From the human T2T-CHM13v2.0 reference genome, Homo sapiens: DNA of 64,000 nt. Below the pieces are notes generated by a model, which saw only the letters and a program-made list of their open reading frames with translations, had not been told where the DNA came from and ran no database searches. The stretch lies in the NCBI RefSeq assembly GCF_009914755.1, contig NC_060938.1; one strand, written 5' to 3'. Shown here one piece after another: positions 15,150 through 28,000 of the stretch. The position numbers and the translations under genes are program-made. How positions within the stretch are numbered: the stretch's first letter is position 1; every line of letters begins with the position of its first letter.

Positions 15150-15430
15150 ATCAATTCATTCATAAATATTTAGTTGAACACTTAAGATTGCTAGTCACTG
15201 TGCTGAGTGCTCTGTGAGGAAGGAAGATGAATGAAACAGAAACTCCATCCTCAAGGAGTTTGCTTTCCATTGGAAAAATGGTGATAATAATAACACACAA
15301 AAACATGAAGATGGCCACAGCTAAGTTACAGATAATGCTTTTGTAGTTCAGCAGAGTGTAAGGATAGTTGAGGTGTTTGGTGATATCTGAATTTGAATTT
15401 GGAAATGTGATGAAGGAAAAGAAGGTATGT
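15150..15430 (-). mobile_element. L2 3' end
   Basis: ATTCATTCATAAATATTTAGTTGAACAC...CACTGTGCTGAGTGCT...CCTCAAGGAG. Confidence 0.75.
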
Positions 15431-15439
15431 ACCAGCAAG

Positions 15440-15800
15440 GGCTGCTTTCCACTGCAGATAATCAGAAAAATTGGCCAGTAGTAGCTTAAACAAAGATTAG
15501 TTATTTTTTTTTCAAATAATTAGAAGTATAGAGGTGGGTGACTGTTGACATTGGTTTAACAACCAAACAAAGAGAGAGCTAATGTCTCTGTTGGTTCTCT
15601 TAGTCTCTTTCACATGGATACCTCAGCTCTATCATGTCTGCTCTCAAGGCAGGAAGGGTGAGGGTACCTGGAGGTCCAGCCACTTTCTTACTTTTTATCA
15701 GAAAAGCAAAGTCTTTCTCAGAAGCCCCAAGCTGACTTCTCTTTACATCTCATTGGTCAGAACAGAGCCACATGCCTACCTTTAATTATCATGGTTGCAT
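15440..15800 (-). mobile_element. Ancient MaLR LTR (MLT1J/K-like)
   Basis: AGTAGCTTAAACAAAG...ACATCTCATTGGTCAGAAC.GAGCCACATG. Confidence 0.55.
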
Positions 15801-16237
15801 CCAGACTATACTAGAAAGGTCTAAAAATATCAGTATCAAACAAAAACAAATCACAAGCAGAAAAGAACAAATGAAAGGTTTTTCTTTATTGTTACTACTG
15901 AGAATAAATATAGAGTATCTGATTAATAAAGTAGTCTGTCAGAATTTAGTGGGTAATCAATCATGATCTTTAGATTTGTCTATATTAGTGGATGCTATTA
16001 GTTGAATAGTTTTACAGAGTACCATACTAGTGAAAGTGTGACATAAAAGTCTACAACAAGCACTTGAATGATTAAAGACTCCTTTAATCATAGAGATGGA
16101 TATCTGAATAGAGAACCTGTCACTTACAGATCAAGTCTTTTAATACTACCAGCACAGAGAACTTGCATTAACAGTTGGCTGATTTCTTGTCTCCATTTGA
16201 GAAAGTATGGTTGTTTTTTTCTTTGTCTGCCCTTCTA

Positions 16238-16455
16238 TTCCTTCCCTCCCTCCCTCCCTTCCTCCGTCACTCCCTGCCTCCGTCACTCCCTGCCTCCTTC
16301 CCTTTTTAGACTGAGTCTCACTCTATTGCCCAGGCTGGAGTGCACTGGCACCATTATAGCTCACTGTAGCCTTGAACTTCTGGACTCAAGCAGTCCTCCT
16401 GCCTCAGCCTCCTGAATAGCATGAGCCATCACAGATGTGAACTACTGTGCCTGAC
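16238..16455 (-). mobile_element. FRAM/AluJ-type monomer with a pyrimidine-rich, (CCCT)n-derived tail
   Basis: GAGTCTCACTCTATTGCCCAGGCTGGAGTGCA...ATAGCTCACTGTAGCCTTGAAC. Confidence 0.8.
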
Positions 16456-16826
16456 TCCTTTCAGTTTCTAGAAGGGACTTGTTTCTGTTATTCCTTTCAA
16501 ATGGTCATTGTCACCTTTGTTGATGTTGCCAACAAAGGAGATTTATAAGGAAACATCTTTGCTATCTTTAAATCATTAGACCAGTGTGATTGAGCAAAAG
16601 TTGCTCACAGTTTTTTTAATTAATCTTACATCAGTTTTGAATACATGTTTTAGTAGAGGAATATGAAGTGCTTTATAGTCCAACAGATCATGAAGGATTG
16701 ATAGCTCTGGTAGTTAATAAAACAAAACAAAACAACAGCAACAAACAGCTCTGCATGTTTTACAGCATTTCTACCTCTTAAAGGTAATTTTCTTCCTTGG
16801 TAATTTGTGATTGTTGGTGGTGAGGG

Positions 16827-16828
<2 letters not shown>

Positions 16829-16879
<51 letters not shown>
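16829..16879. repeat. Compound microsatellite (GT)17(GA)8
   Basis: Read directly from the sequence. Confidence 0.97.
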
Positions 16880-17003
16880 TTTGCAGACACGCATGCATTT
16901 TACCTGAACCACCCTAACCTTAGACTTTTTCTTCCTCTGGCCTCCTTGGGGACCACAACTATGACAGAGCAAAGACAATCAGCTCCTTGTGATTGTTATA
17001 CAT

Positions 17004-17175
17004 CAGTGGCTTTTAAACATGAGTGTGTGTGAAAATCCTTCAGGGAGCTTGATAAACATGAAGTCTTACAGGCCTGCTGATTTATTAAGTCGGGCAAGAG
17101 TGGAGATTGGGAATCTAAAGGTACTCCAAACAATTCTGTTGCAGGTGACCCCTGGACTCCACTTTAAGAAGCACT
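17004..17175. mobile_element. MER5-type hAT-Charlie MITE
   Basis: CAGTGGCTTTTAAAC start, GGGAGCTTG.TAAA core, CACTTTAAGAAGCACT end. Confidence 0.7.
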
Positions 17176-18017
17176 CCTGCAGCCAGTGAGCGAGGTGGTG
17201 GGGACAGTTAGGAAGACGGCTCTCGCACTAGGCCTCAGTGTGTCTCACCTCCTCTGGTCTCTGAAATCTGAGGTCTCTGAAGTGCGTTGTGAATACTCCA
17301 GGTGGTTTGTAGGGAGACTCATTTTGATTCAGAAAGGAAATAATGAAACTTCTGTTTATATTTATTTTTGACTTTGCCATGTAAAATTTATTTTTTATTT
17401 GTGTTTTGTCACACACATGCTGTATCAGTACAGTTTTATATATTCGTACTTTAGAAATGGAGTGGTACACATGTATTAGAGGCCTGTTCTAGAAAATGTC
17501 TTACTGATAGCGGTGCATGATCAAAGAAGTTTGGAGGACGCTGCTTTAAACGATTTACAAGGCCAAAATCCATATCTCTTTCCAGCTGTCTGCAAGAGTT
17601 TATTGTTCCTTAGTTGTTTTTCATTTAGGTATCAACATTAGCCAGTGCTTCTTTTACTACTGTATGCATACACACAGAGCACAGCAAAAGATTGAGGACA
17701 AAAAGAGTTTGCAATTAAAGGCAAGTAGAAGTATCTGTGTGCTAAGGTTAGTTATCTGACTTAACACCTTTATTTGAACAAACTCCTACTGAGAAATCAG
17801 AAGAATCAAGGTAACTTCAGTCTCTCAGGTTCTGGCCCTCGCTTCAGCTGTGAATAGACTTACCTTCTAGTAACGGTGACTCAGTGGCCCAAAAGTGGAT
17901 ATAAATAAATGTGGATTTTCTAGAGAGTTTACTCATTCTCTGTCTTTAAAACTTGATTTAATAAACCCTTCTGTTCACACAGGACCCTTTCCTATAAAGT
18001 ATTATCTGGTCAAGGTA

Positions 18018-18051
18018 ACACACACACACACACACACACATACACACACAC
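18018..18051. repeat. (CA)n microsatellite with one interruption
   Basis: Read directly from the sequence. Confidence 0.95.
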
Positions 18052-18323
18052 GTTTTTAACGGCATAACATTATTTTTAAAAGATACTTTTAGATTGCAAC
18101 AACTAAAAACACTGATTTGTCACTATAATTATGAATATAGTCCCATAGGTAAACTTTCATTTTCCGTATTTTGGAGCTGGCATCAAGACTTTGCCTACTC
18201 ATATTTTTTATTATTTAAAATAGTCTATAGGATCCAAAGATGCCATGTCTTTTTATCTAGGTTCTTCTAGTCAGTATTTCTGGACATAAGGCCGTTATTA
18301 CCTTTCTACGAGTTTTGTCTCTG

Positions 18324-18328
18324 ACACG

Positions 18329-18369
<41 letters not shown>
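18324..18369. repeat. (CA)n microsatellite
   Basis: Read directly from the sequence. Confidence 0.95.
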
Positions 18370-18371
<2 letters not shown>

Positions 18372-18436
18372 CTAATCTATTTATTTAATGGAATTGTAAA
18401 TAAAGGAGAAAAAGCACATGTGCAATTTCTGGTTTA

Positions 18437-18734
<298 letters not shown>

Positions 18735-18964
18735 TTTCTCATTTGAAAAACTTCAGCAGTTTCTCTCAATATTGTTAATATTTTAGTAGCCACATAGCAC
18801 AAGCAGTGTCTGAAGATCTGAAATCTATTTTGGTTTCTTATTTTAAAAATCATCTTTTAATGCTATTTATTACTGATATTTATCAGCATTATTGTTGCAT
18901 AGGTCTGGGTAATTTGAAGAGGACCGGCAAAGTTGGACTTAAAATGATAATAAATATAGCTACT

Positions 18965-19190
18965 ACTAATAATATTGATTGAGCCTACATGTGCGTGACA
19001 CTGTGCAAGCCAGTTTATTATCTCATTTAATCCTTGCAATAACCCTGTGAGGCAAGTGCTCTCATTATTATTTCACTTTACAAATGAGGAAGTGAAGATG
19101 TGGGGGGGTGAGAAAACTTGCCTTCAGTCACTCAGCTAGTAAGCTGGAGAAGAGGCAGGACTCCAAATATCAAGGGTCTAGTTTTTAGCT
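18965..19190 (-). mobile_element. MIR
   Basis: TTATCTCATTTAATCCT...AACCCTGTGAGG...TTTACAAATGAGGAA. Confidence 0.8.
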
Positions 19191-20009
19191 ATGTGTATGT
19201 ATTCTGCTTCTTAGTATCTGCCTTTCTGCTGTGACTGGAGGGTTGGCTCATTTGTAAGATTGGGAGTTGGGATGGGGACAGACCTCTTTGGGGAAAACAA
19301 ACACAGCCTACCCTACCCCAAAGGAGAAGCCCAAACACAACTGGGAGAAGGGCCATCCACATACAACTCAGAGAGCATCATTTCACTTGTATTTTGCGTG
19401 AATAGAGTCCTCCAGAGTTCTGCAAAATGGTAGTACTGGCTGGGAACTTCTGTCTTGAGCACAGCAAGCTGGAAGGGGTTATGGGGTTTGTGTATTTATA
19501 AATATTAGCAGTTTTTTTTTTGTGGATTGGGGAGCTAGGAAGCTAGGTGGAAGGAGGGCCATCTAGACTCTTTGGAGGAAACTGGGTCTCTGTCACTTGT
19601 GGGGCTCACTAGGTGTCTAGGTTCCATTCTCTCCAAAACGTTTTATTTTCACTGAGGAAACTGTTTTCAGTCCTTTGATCCAAGATTATTAGTATTTCTG
19701 CATCTCAGTTTACTCCTTTCAGAAATGGAAATGATCATTGCTTTGTGTATTAGAGAAACACTGAATGGATTGGCGAGAAAGGTCTTCAAGTGGTTGGTTG
19801 CTCTCTCCCTTATGACAGTGTCAGATAATGACTACTTGCAGTTTCAGGCTGATATTTTCCTTCGTCTCTAAGGTGACACCCTTTGAAGATGTCTTAGGTG
19901 TGATGTTTTTAGAGTCGAGAGGTCAGGAATCTCATCTGTCTGCTTGTGTTTGTATCTCCCATATCTGGGACATCGTAAGGGCTCAAAAAATAACTGTTGA
20001 GTAATTTAA

Positions 20010-20560
20010 AGTTGCTCAACCATTGTGAGCCTCAGTTTTCCTTATCTATAAAATGGGGATAATAGTGTGAATCTCATAGTATTCTTAAGAGGATTAAATT
20101 GTATAACATGTTAAAGAGCTTAGTGCAGTACCTGCCACACTGGAGGTATACAAGAAATGCTTTATTTTAATAGTTATTATTCTGATTATTGTGTTTTATC
20201 TTTAAAAGATAACTCTTGACTCTGCTGCTTAAAACCTCTATGCCTTCAAACAAATTGAGCTCTCTGGGTCTTATTATATAAAATAGGGCTATTACTACTA
20301 CCTACTTCACTGATTGCTGTAAAATTTAAATAAGATTTAGAATTTACAGTTACTTAGTGTGTATTCTATGCACCACTGAATTAGACACACTATCTCATTT
20401 AATAATTGGAAAAAATCCTTTGTGGTAGGTAGCAGTATTCTCATTTTACAATTTCAAACACCAGGTCTCGGGGAATGAAGGTATCAGTGTAAGGTCACAT
20501 CGGTAGTAATAGCAAGTGTCTGTCTGAAGCCACTGTTCTGTACTTTACAAACTCTAAGTC
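20010..20560. mobile_element. Cluster of MIR fragments in both orientations
   Basis: GAGCCTCAGTTTTCCTTATCTATAAAATGGGGATAAT (+) and CTCATTTTACA...AAGGTCACA (-). Confidence 0.75.
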
Positions 20561-21914
20561 CATTTAAAAGGGCCATACACATATGTGGGCCATGATTGTA
20601 GCATCTCTTTCTTTGGGCCTGAGGGCTGCAATATAGTAGAGTCCTTATTTGCCCTGTTGAGGGATTTAAACGCATCATATTACAATGAATATTTAAAGAA
20701 AGAACATTTTCCCAAACTTCTCTTTGGTTTTGAAATTTTCACTTTTTTTCTTGTAATGATCAGTCTAAAAATACTGAATTCTGTATTTCCAAGATCACAA
20801 AGGAGTAAAACCACTTGGCCAAAGTTTGAAATTAGGTTATTTTTGTGTTACATTGCCCATTTTGTGGGTCTTGAAGTGGTTATTAAGTAAAATCAGCTAC
20901 AAAACTGGGAGGTCACTTAGTTTTAGGATTATGTCAATTGACTTGTCAAAAACTTTTGTTGCGAAGAAAAGAAATGACATTATTATGAATTCTAAAGCAG
21001 CTAGATAGACTTCCTATGAGTGTTAAAATTTTGCCAGAGAATCATGATTTTGAACATATCACATATCCAGACCGGGGAGCTAAAACTAACTAGTACATTT
21101 CCTCTTGTGTGTCTTAATTAAAAACTAATGTAAGAAACAAGAAGAATTGGTTCCTACCTTGAAATGTTGTTTCCCAGACAGATCTTTCCTTCCTGGAAGT
21201 CATTCCAAAGTTGTTTGGGGTGTCAGGTTCAGAGGTAATTGAATTTTTCTGTCTAGTGAAAAGAGGTGGCTCTCTTATTTTGGTCGGTTGTTCCCAGGGT
21301 TTTGAGCTTTGAAAAGGTTTGACTTAGAAACCATGAGGTACTAACGCACTACATTTTTGAATTACTATTGATTGACATGTCTCTGTTCAATGTAAACAGC
21401 TTAAACAGAGAGTGCAGTTATAGAAATGGAATTTGCATGAGAACCTTCTCCTGTATGATGTAATGATTGTTTCATATTAATCAAAATAACAAAAGGGGAT
21501 ATTAATTTTTTTGTAATGAGCTGTAAATTAGAATATTGAATTTGGAATAATTAAATTATACTTTACTTATGTTTTTCTTCTTGGACGCTACCATTTTAAA
21601 AAACATACAGTTCATGTGAAAGTCTGAATAAAATTCATGGAGTAGCATCAAGGACCTCTGAGTCCAGGAAACTGAGTTTGGCAGTACTAATTTGTATTAA
21701 AGTTGTTGTTGCATGACAGCCGGAAGAAGATTTAATGCTTGCCACCTGAATCAAGTCACGGAACATTGGTTTCTATAACTGCCATGAATTTGAATCGAGG
21801 CCAGTATCTCTAAATTTGAAATAAACTGATACTCTGTCTTGAAAGATGATACAGGCCACTTATGTTGTATAAGGTATTTAGAAAAGAGTATTTCAGTTTA
21901 ATTTTTTAGCTATA

Positions 21915-21962
21915 TATACACCCACACACGCATACACACACACATACACACACACACATATA
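21915..21962. repeat. Imperfect (TA)/(CA)n microsatellite
   Basis: Read directly from the sequence. Confidence 0.85.
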
Positions 21963-22289
21963 TCTTTCAAATTGTTAGACTCCTCAGCACTGTGACCTCC
22001 AGTGGTTCTTGCTGTTAGAGGCTCACACAGAAGAACTCGGAAATGCCTGCAGCCATTTATTATCCACTTTCAGCCAGGAGTTAGCAGTGAGTTTGCACCT
22101 GGTTCCAGGTTTGGCATTTCTCCTCATACCATGGAGGAGCTGCTCACTTCATCAGAAAGTCATTATCCCTCTTGGATGTCACTATGGTTCAAAGTATTAC
22201 AGTATTGCTTTAGGAATTTAGATTTTAACCCAGCCACCAGATGCAAAATCCATTCACATGCCTAGCACAATAAAAATGATGATGATGAC

Positions 22290-22470
22290 AATAATTCATA
22301 TTTTGCATTTGCAAAAACATCTTTCATCTGAAGGGCTTTTGTAAATGGAACATGCATCTTGAGACTACTTTATAGACAGTGATCTTTGAGTCCAATATAG
22401 AAATGAAATGAATCTACCTCTGGAGTAAAATATGGTAGCCATTTAATTATTTTTTAACAAGCTACGTATT
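22290..22470 (-). mobile_element. Probable AmnSINE1 (Deu-domain SINE) 3' part
   Basis: TTGCATTT...CTTTCATCTGAAGG...TTT and TGAAATG..TCTACCTCTGG.GT.AAA.ATGGTAGCCATTTAA resemble, in the right order, the reverse-complemented AmnSINE1 tail and Deu core as I remember them. Confidence 0.55.
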
Positions 22471-23018
22471 AAGCACAGTTGTATCTTTATGCAATAAATG
22501 TTTTGCTGAGGAACTTTATCAATTATATTTCACATTAAAATGTTCAGACTTTATTTTTATTCTTACTAAAAAATAACATGTTCTTTTGATTAGAAAAATA
22601 CTCAGAAAGTTGACTATTTAAAAATAAATCTCTGTTGAGTCTTTTTGTCAAGCCGAAAAAGATTCCTTAATGTATCACATAGATGTGTCTCGAGTTTTCT
22701 TACGGCAGCACAAGTCCTGCTTCATCTTGGGGTGGTGTGGAGCGGGGGGTGAGAGGAACTCCAACAGCATACTATCTTGATGGACAGAACCAATGCACAC
22801 TCAACTCTTAATTGCACAAATGGAAATAATCCAGGCCGTTTTCTTTTCCCTTTAGGCTTCCTTGCTAGATGATCTCATCCACTCTTAGGGTGTCAAATAG
22901 CAGCTCTGCTGATGGCCCATTCCTTTTCATCTCTTCTTCCCATTTCTTGCCTTATTTTCTGCTTAATCTTTCAAACTGTCTGATGAACTCCTCTCTCAAG
23001 ATATCTTACCAGGAACTC

Positions 23019-23375
23019 TGTCTTAGTTTTATGTTGCTATAGCAGAATACCACAGACTGGGTAATCTATAAAGAAGAGAAATTTAATTCTCATACTCCTG
23101 GAGTCTGGAAAGTCCAATATCAAGGTGCTGGCATTTCATGAGGGACTTCTTTACGGCGTGATTTCATGATAGAAGATGGAAGGGCAAGAGAGCTTGAGAG
23201 AAGAAGAGATCAAACTTGCAGTTTCATACCCTTTAATAATCAGCATTAATCCATTCTTGAAGATGGAGCCCTGATGGCCTAAACACCTCCTATTAGGCCC
23301 CACCTCCCAACACTGTTGTACTAGGGATTAAGTTTCCAACACATGCTTTTTGTGAAACATGTTCAAACCATAGCA
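23019..23375 (-). mobile_element. MST-type (MSTC/D-like) MaLR solo LTR
   Basis: TGTCTTAGT...GCTATAGCAGAATACCACAGACTGGGTAAT...CAAACCATAGCA termini. Confidence 0.85.
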
Positions 23376-23418
23376 TTTTCAAATTCCAAAATAAGATATC
23401 CCTTACAATAGTATCTTA

Positions 23419-23583
<165 letters not shown>

Positions 23584-24710
23584 TTAGTCCATGCTCTTAC
23601 TTCTGTTATAAATGTTCAAGACTTGAGACAACTTCTTCCTTCTCAAATTCAATTAGTTCCTAAATTCAATACACTTATCTTCAGCATGGTCCCTTGCATC
23701 TGTCCACTGCATTATATGAACCAGTCAATAGGCATTTTATTGCTAACTGTAGGATAAAGGAACAGAAGGAAGGTAAAACCCGTATCACTCAATTTCCCCG
23801 GTTGCTAATATCACTCAGATGGTGGAGGCGGAGTTAAAACTATTGGCCAAAATAAAGCTGTAGGTAACTTGCAGTTTTGCTTATTGTTCTGTAATGATAG
23901 GAATAATTTAAAAGTTTGAGGCTACAGCAGAAATGAAGTGTGTCTGATTTGGCCAGTTGTAACAGTTTATAGCATGGCATGCAATTATAAGTTATCTTAA
24001 GTGAAGATGAAAGGAAAAAAAAGTTTGTTAGGTATAATTAGAGAAGAAAAACCTATTTCAATACTAAAAACTGTAGATGTTTGAGTAGCATATTGCCATC
24101 ATACAAAGGTATCAAGGGGTATTTTCACCGCCTTCAACTAGTAATAATAATGAATATATGCCCCATTAAAGACTATTTTAAAAAAATCTTCAAGTTCTGT
24201 CTTTATTAGAGTATTTTGTAGGGTTTACATCCCTGAAAAATATGTCCTTGTGAAATTTTGTATTTTTCTTTAGACTATAAAAATTCTCCCACTTCTTACT
24301 TCACCAAATTGTGTATGTGTGCATGCATATGTATATGCATGCTTTATATTGATGGAATGATTTAGTACATTAAATAACCTGTTTACATTCCCACTATTCA
24401 GGGCAGGGCACTCACTTGTATTAAATTATTTATTTTTGAGATAAACACTTTCATCTGTCATTGTAGGTTTCCACTCATTTTTGTTCCTCTAACAATAATA
24501 TTAAGTGCAAAATTTCCCTTTATAGATGAAAAAATAATATACACCAGTATTCATTCTAAAAGTTTTTGCCAAACAGTATAAATTTAAATCTTTGGCTGAA
24601 ACTGTGTGATTTGTGTGGTTTCCCTTCCGTGTCAATAATGGCTATATATTAGTGATGCTGCACTATATTCATGCAATTTATAACACATATTTAATGAAAT
24701 AGAATTATTA

Positions 24711-25062
<352 letters not shown>

Positions 25063-28000
25063 TTAATACAATGTGGTAAAGTGAAGTTTAACTGACTAGA
25101 TTCAGTATATGTAACACATTATATGTTTTCCCATGTTGTGAAAGAGAGTTGCCAATCTTTAGATGCAACCCTGACCTGTTATAGTGCCTCAATCTTATTT
25201 TGTTTGGTTTTAATCCCTGCTGTATCTTAGAATTTTGTATGGAGTTAGAAGCAGAGCAAGGGTTTTTTCTCCAGCTGTTCTTCAAGGATCTTCCACTTAG
25301 ATTGGAGCAATGTGCTTATATAAATCTTGCCACATTTTTAGTGCTTCTGTAAGGTGAAAATGCTCAAATAGGGTTACGTAAATACAAACTTACTTTGGGA
25401 AAAAAAGTAAGAGGGAAAGAGATGAACTGTAACAGAGATCTGGTTTTTCATCAACATTTTGTTTTATGAGTCTTTGGAGATGTGGCTAAGTTGAGTAACT
25501 AAATACTTATGCTTCAGTTCTCTATAAGCCTTTCTTGTGCTGTATTTTGAATGGAAATAATTTTAAAGCAGTTTTTTCTTTGGTATTTACAAAATTCTTT
25601 CCAACAACATTATCAGTGAATTGGATGACATTGAGATAGCAGGAATACTATTGTGTTTGTATGTGTTTTTTAGAGATGGAAACTCCTTAAAAAAACACAG
25701 TGGAACCGAAATAATGTCTTTATTGTTCATTCTTAACAGAAGCTCCATTTTCTTTTGTAGGGTGGAAATGGTTGACTTTAATTATCCTTAGTCATGTGAA
25801 TATTCTGTGAATTTTTGCCCTGTCTTCTAAAAGAGTTTGTGGGGGAATGGCCACCAAGTCTACAGCTCCAGTGTAGTCATTCCTGTGTTCTAAAAGCTCA
25901 GTATTTGATTTAATTGCTAAGGACAATTGCATCAGTGGGGATTTTTCTGACTTGATATCTATGTTGCAAACTAATTAAGTCCTGGGTATAATGTGCATAA
26001 AAATATACATAATTTGAGAGCCAAATTATATGTATTCTTTCATACTGGGAGTTCTTTAAATTGTGGTAATGATTATTTGTTGATATTCATGGGGGCCATA
26101 TGATATGGACATCAGAACATTGTCTTAGCTTGATGTGCTTATAGTCAGATAACAAGGAATTCATATATATTGATACAGAAAATGGTAAACAAAGAAAGTA
26201 ATCCTACCAATGGGCTTGGTGACTGTGGTCTTTATGTATGCTGGTGTCTCATTTTTAATTTAGGTAGGGCTCGTGTGTGTTGAAGGAGAGAGGTGCAGCT
26301 ACACAATTTAGAGGCTATGGAACATTTTTGAAAAGTCAGAAATCTATAGTACACAAAAATTTTAATTATCCAAATAACACAGGGAGGGGACCTTTGGTTA
26401 TTAAAATACTCAGCCTTGTTGTTAGGCTATTCTCTTGCAAATGGGAACTTTTAGTGTTTCAAGAATTAATATTTCTGCTTGTTTTCTGTAAATAATTTAT
26501 CTAATGCCAAAAATACATGTCTAGTAAAGAAATTTAGCTCCTTTTGGAATTTTCAGTGCAGACTTACTAGGGAAGATTTTTCTTAATGTATGCCAGCTAG
26601 GTATTATGTTTAAAAAACAAAACAAAACACAAAAATCAACAAACTCATAAGAAAAGATACACCATGGAAGGGAAAAGAAAGCAGAAAAAAAGATTTCAGG
26701 CCTGTAGGAGTGCAAAGAGTTGATTTCTGTATTTAACAAGGATGTTTAGGATTCACATTCTCAACATGGATGGCAGCAGCCTGATTCTCCATAATGCAAG
26801 GAAATAGCTTAGAAGAAGCTATAAAGTTCTGTCATGTCATGGCTTGGTGAGCGAGGATGGATTTACACGATCAAGGATATAAATGGCTTTGAGTGAGTCG
26901 TTAGTCATAAGGTCCACGATTCTTCATAATTGACATGGCTTCCCCGTGTCATTCAGACAGACAGCAGTAAGGACATGGGGCTGCAGCCATTGTCACTACA
27001 GCCCTGAGAGTCCACATGGGCGCCGCTGTGAGGATTCTGAACTCTCCGTGCAGGAGAACACTGTGTGCCTCTTGAACCGTCTGTGTGCAGCTGTGGTTTT
27101 GGATGTGTTGCATCATTTTAGAAATCATGGCTGGGGCTCTAGCTTTAAGTTTCTCACTCTGATTTGTATGATTTAGAGGAGAGAATATGAAAACTGGTTC
27201 CATTTCCCTCCAAGTGTGACCTGTGTTCACACTTTAGCTTGTGTTTTGAGAACAGGGTGGGAATGTTCTCATGTCATTCATTATGATTCAGCGTATTTTA
27301 ATGAGGAGAAAGGGAAGTATAGTCTCTTTAATTTAAACTATTTTGGATAGTCTACTGGGTGCCTTCCTTCCAAGGAACCATGGACATTTTGACACATTCT
27401 GAAAGAGTTGGACACAGCTGATTTCCTTTGACTATCAGGAAAAGTATGGAGAAGGAGAAAGGGAAACCTCTGTGTGCATGGGTTTTTGTGTGTTGATGTC
27501 AGTGGGGAGGGTGAGGTTTTGATTCCATTACTATATGTCAAGTATGTTTTAAAATGTGACCTAAATCTAAAGGCAATGCTAACTCCAATCAAAGACTTTT
27601 CTATTAAAATTTAAAGTTATTTTCGGTGTCTCATTCTACATTTTTAATAGTGGCATAATTGTAAAAATTATTTTGAAGGTTAGTGGTAGTAGTTAAAAAA
27701 GTTAGCAGTTCCACTGCATAACATTTAGTTAACAGCAGCGTTGTAGCTTTGATTGAGCTGGGCTGTGGGAATGCAGGTCTTTAGCTAAGGATGGATATGA
27801 TTTTACTTTATTTTTTTTAAGGTGGAGAAATGAATGAGGCATGCATTCATGTTTTTCACCTAGGCCAAATGGAAGACTTTTCAGTGATGTAACCCATTAG
27901 GCTGGAGAAGCTTTTCTGTGGCGCTGCCCCGCGGTGCTGAGAATAAGTTATGAATGCTGCACTGTTTTCAGTGCAGAGGGCTTTGCCGGGAAGAGAGCGG

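Noticed and set aside
27957-27976. Perfect 8-bp hairpin CTGCACTG-TTTT-CAGTGCAG
   Set aside because: Too short to exceed chance in 64 kb. CAGTGC lies in the stem rather than the loop, so it is not an IRE, and there is no pre-miRNA-length stem.
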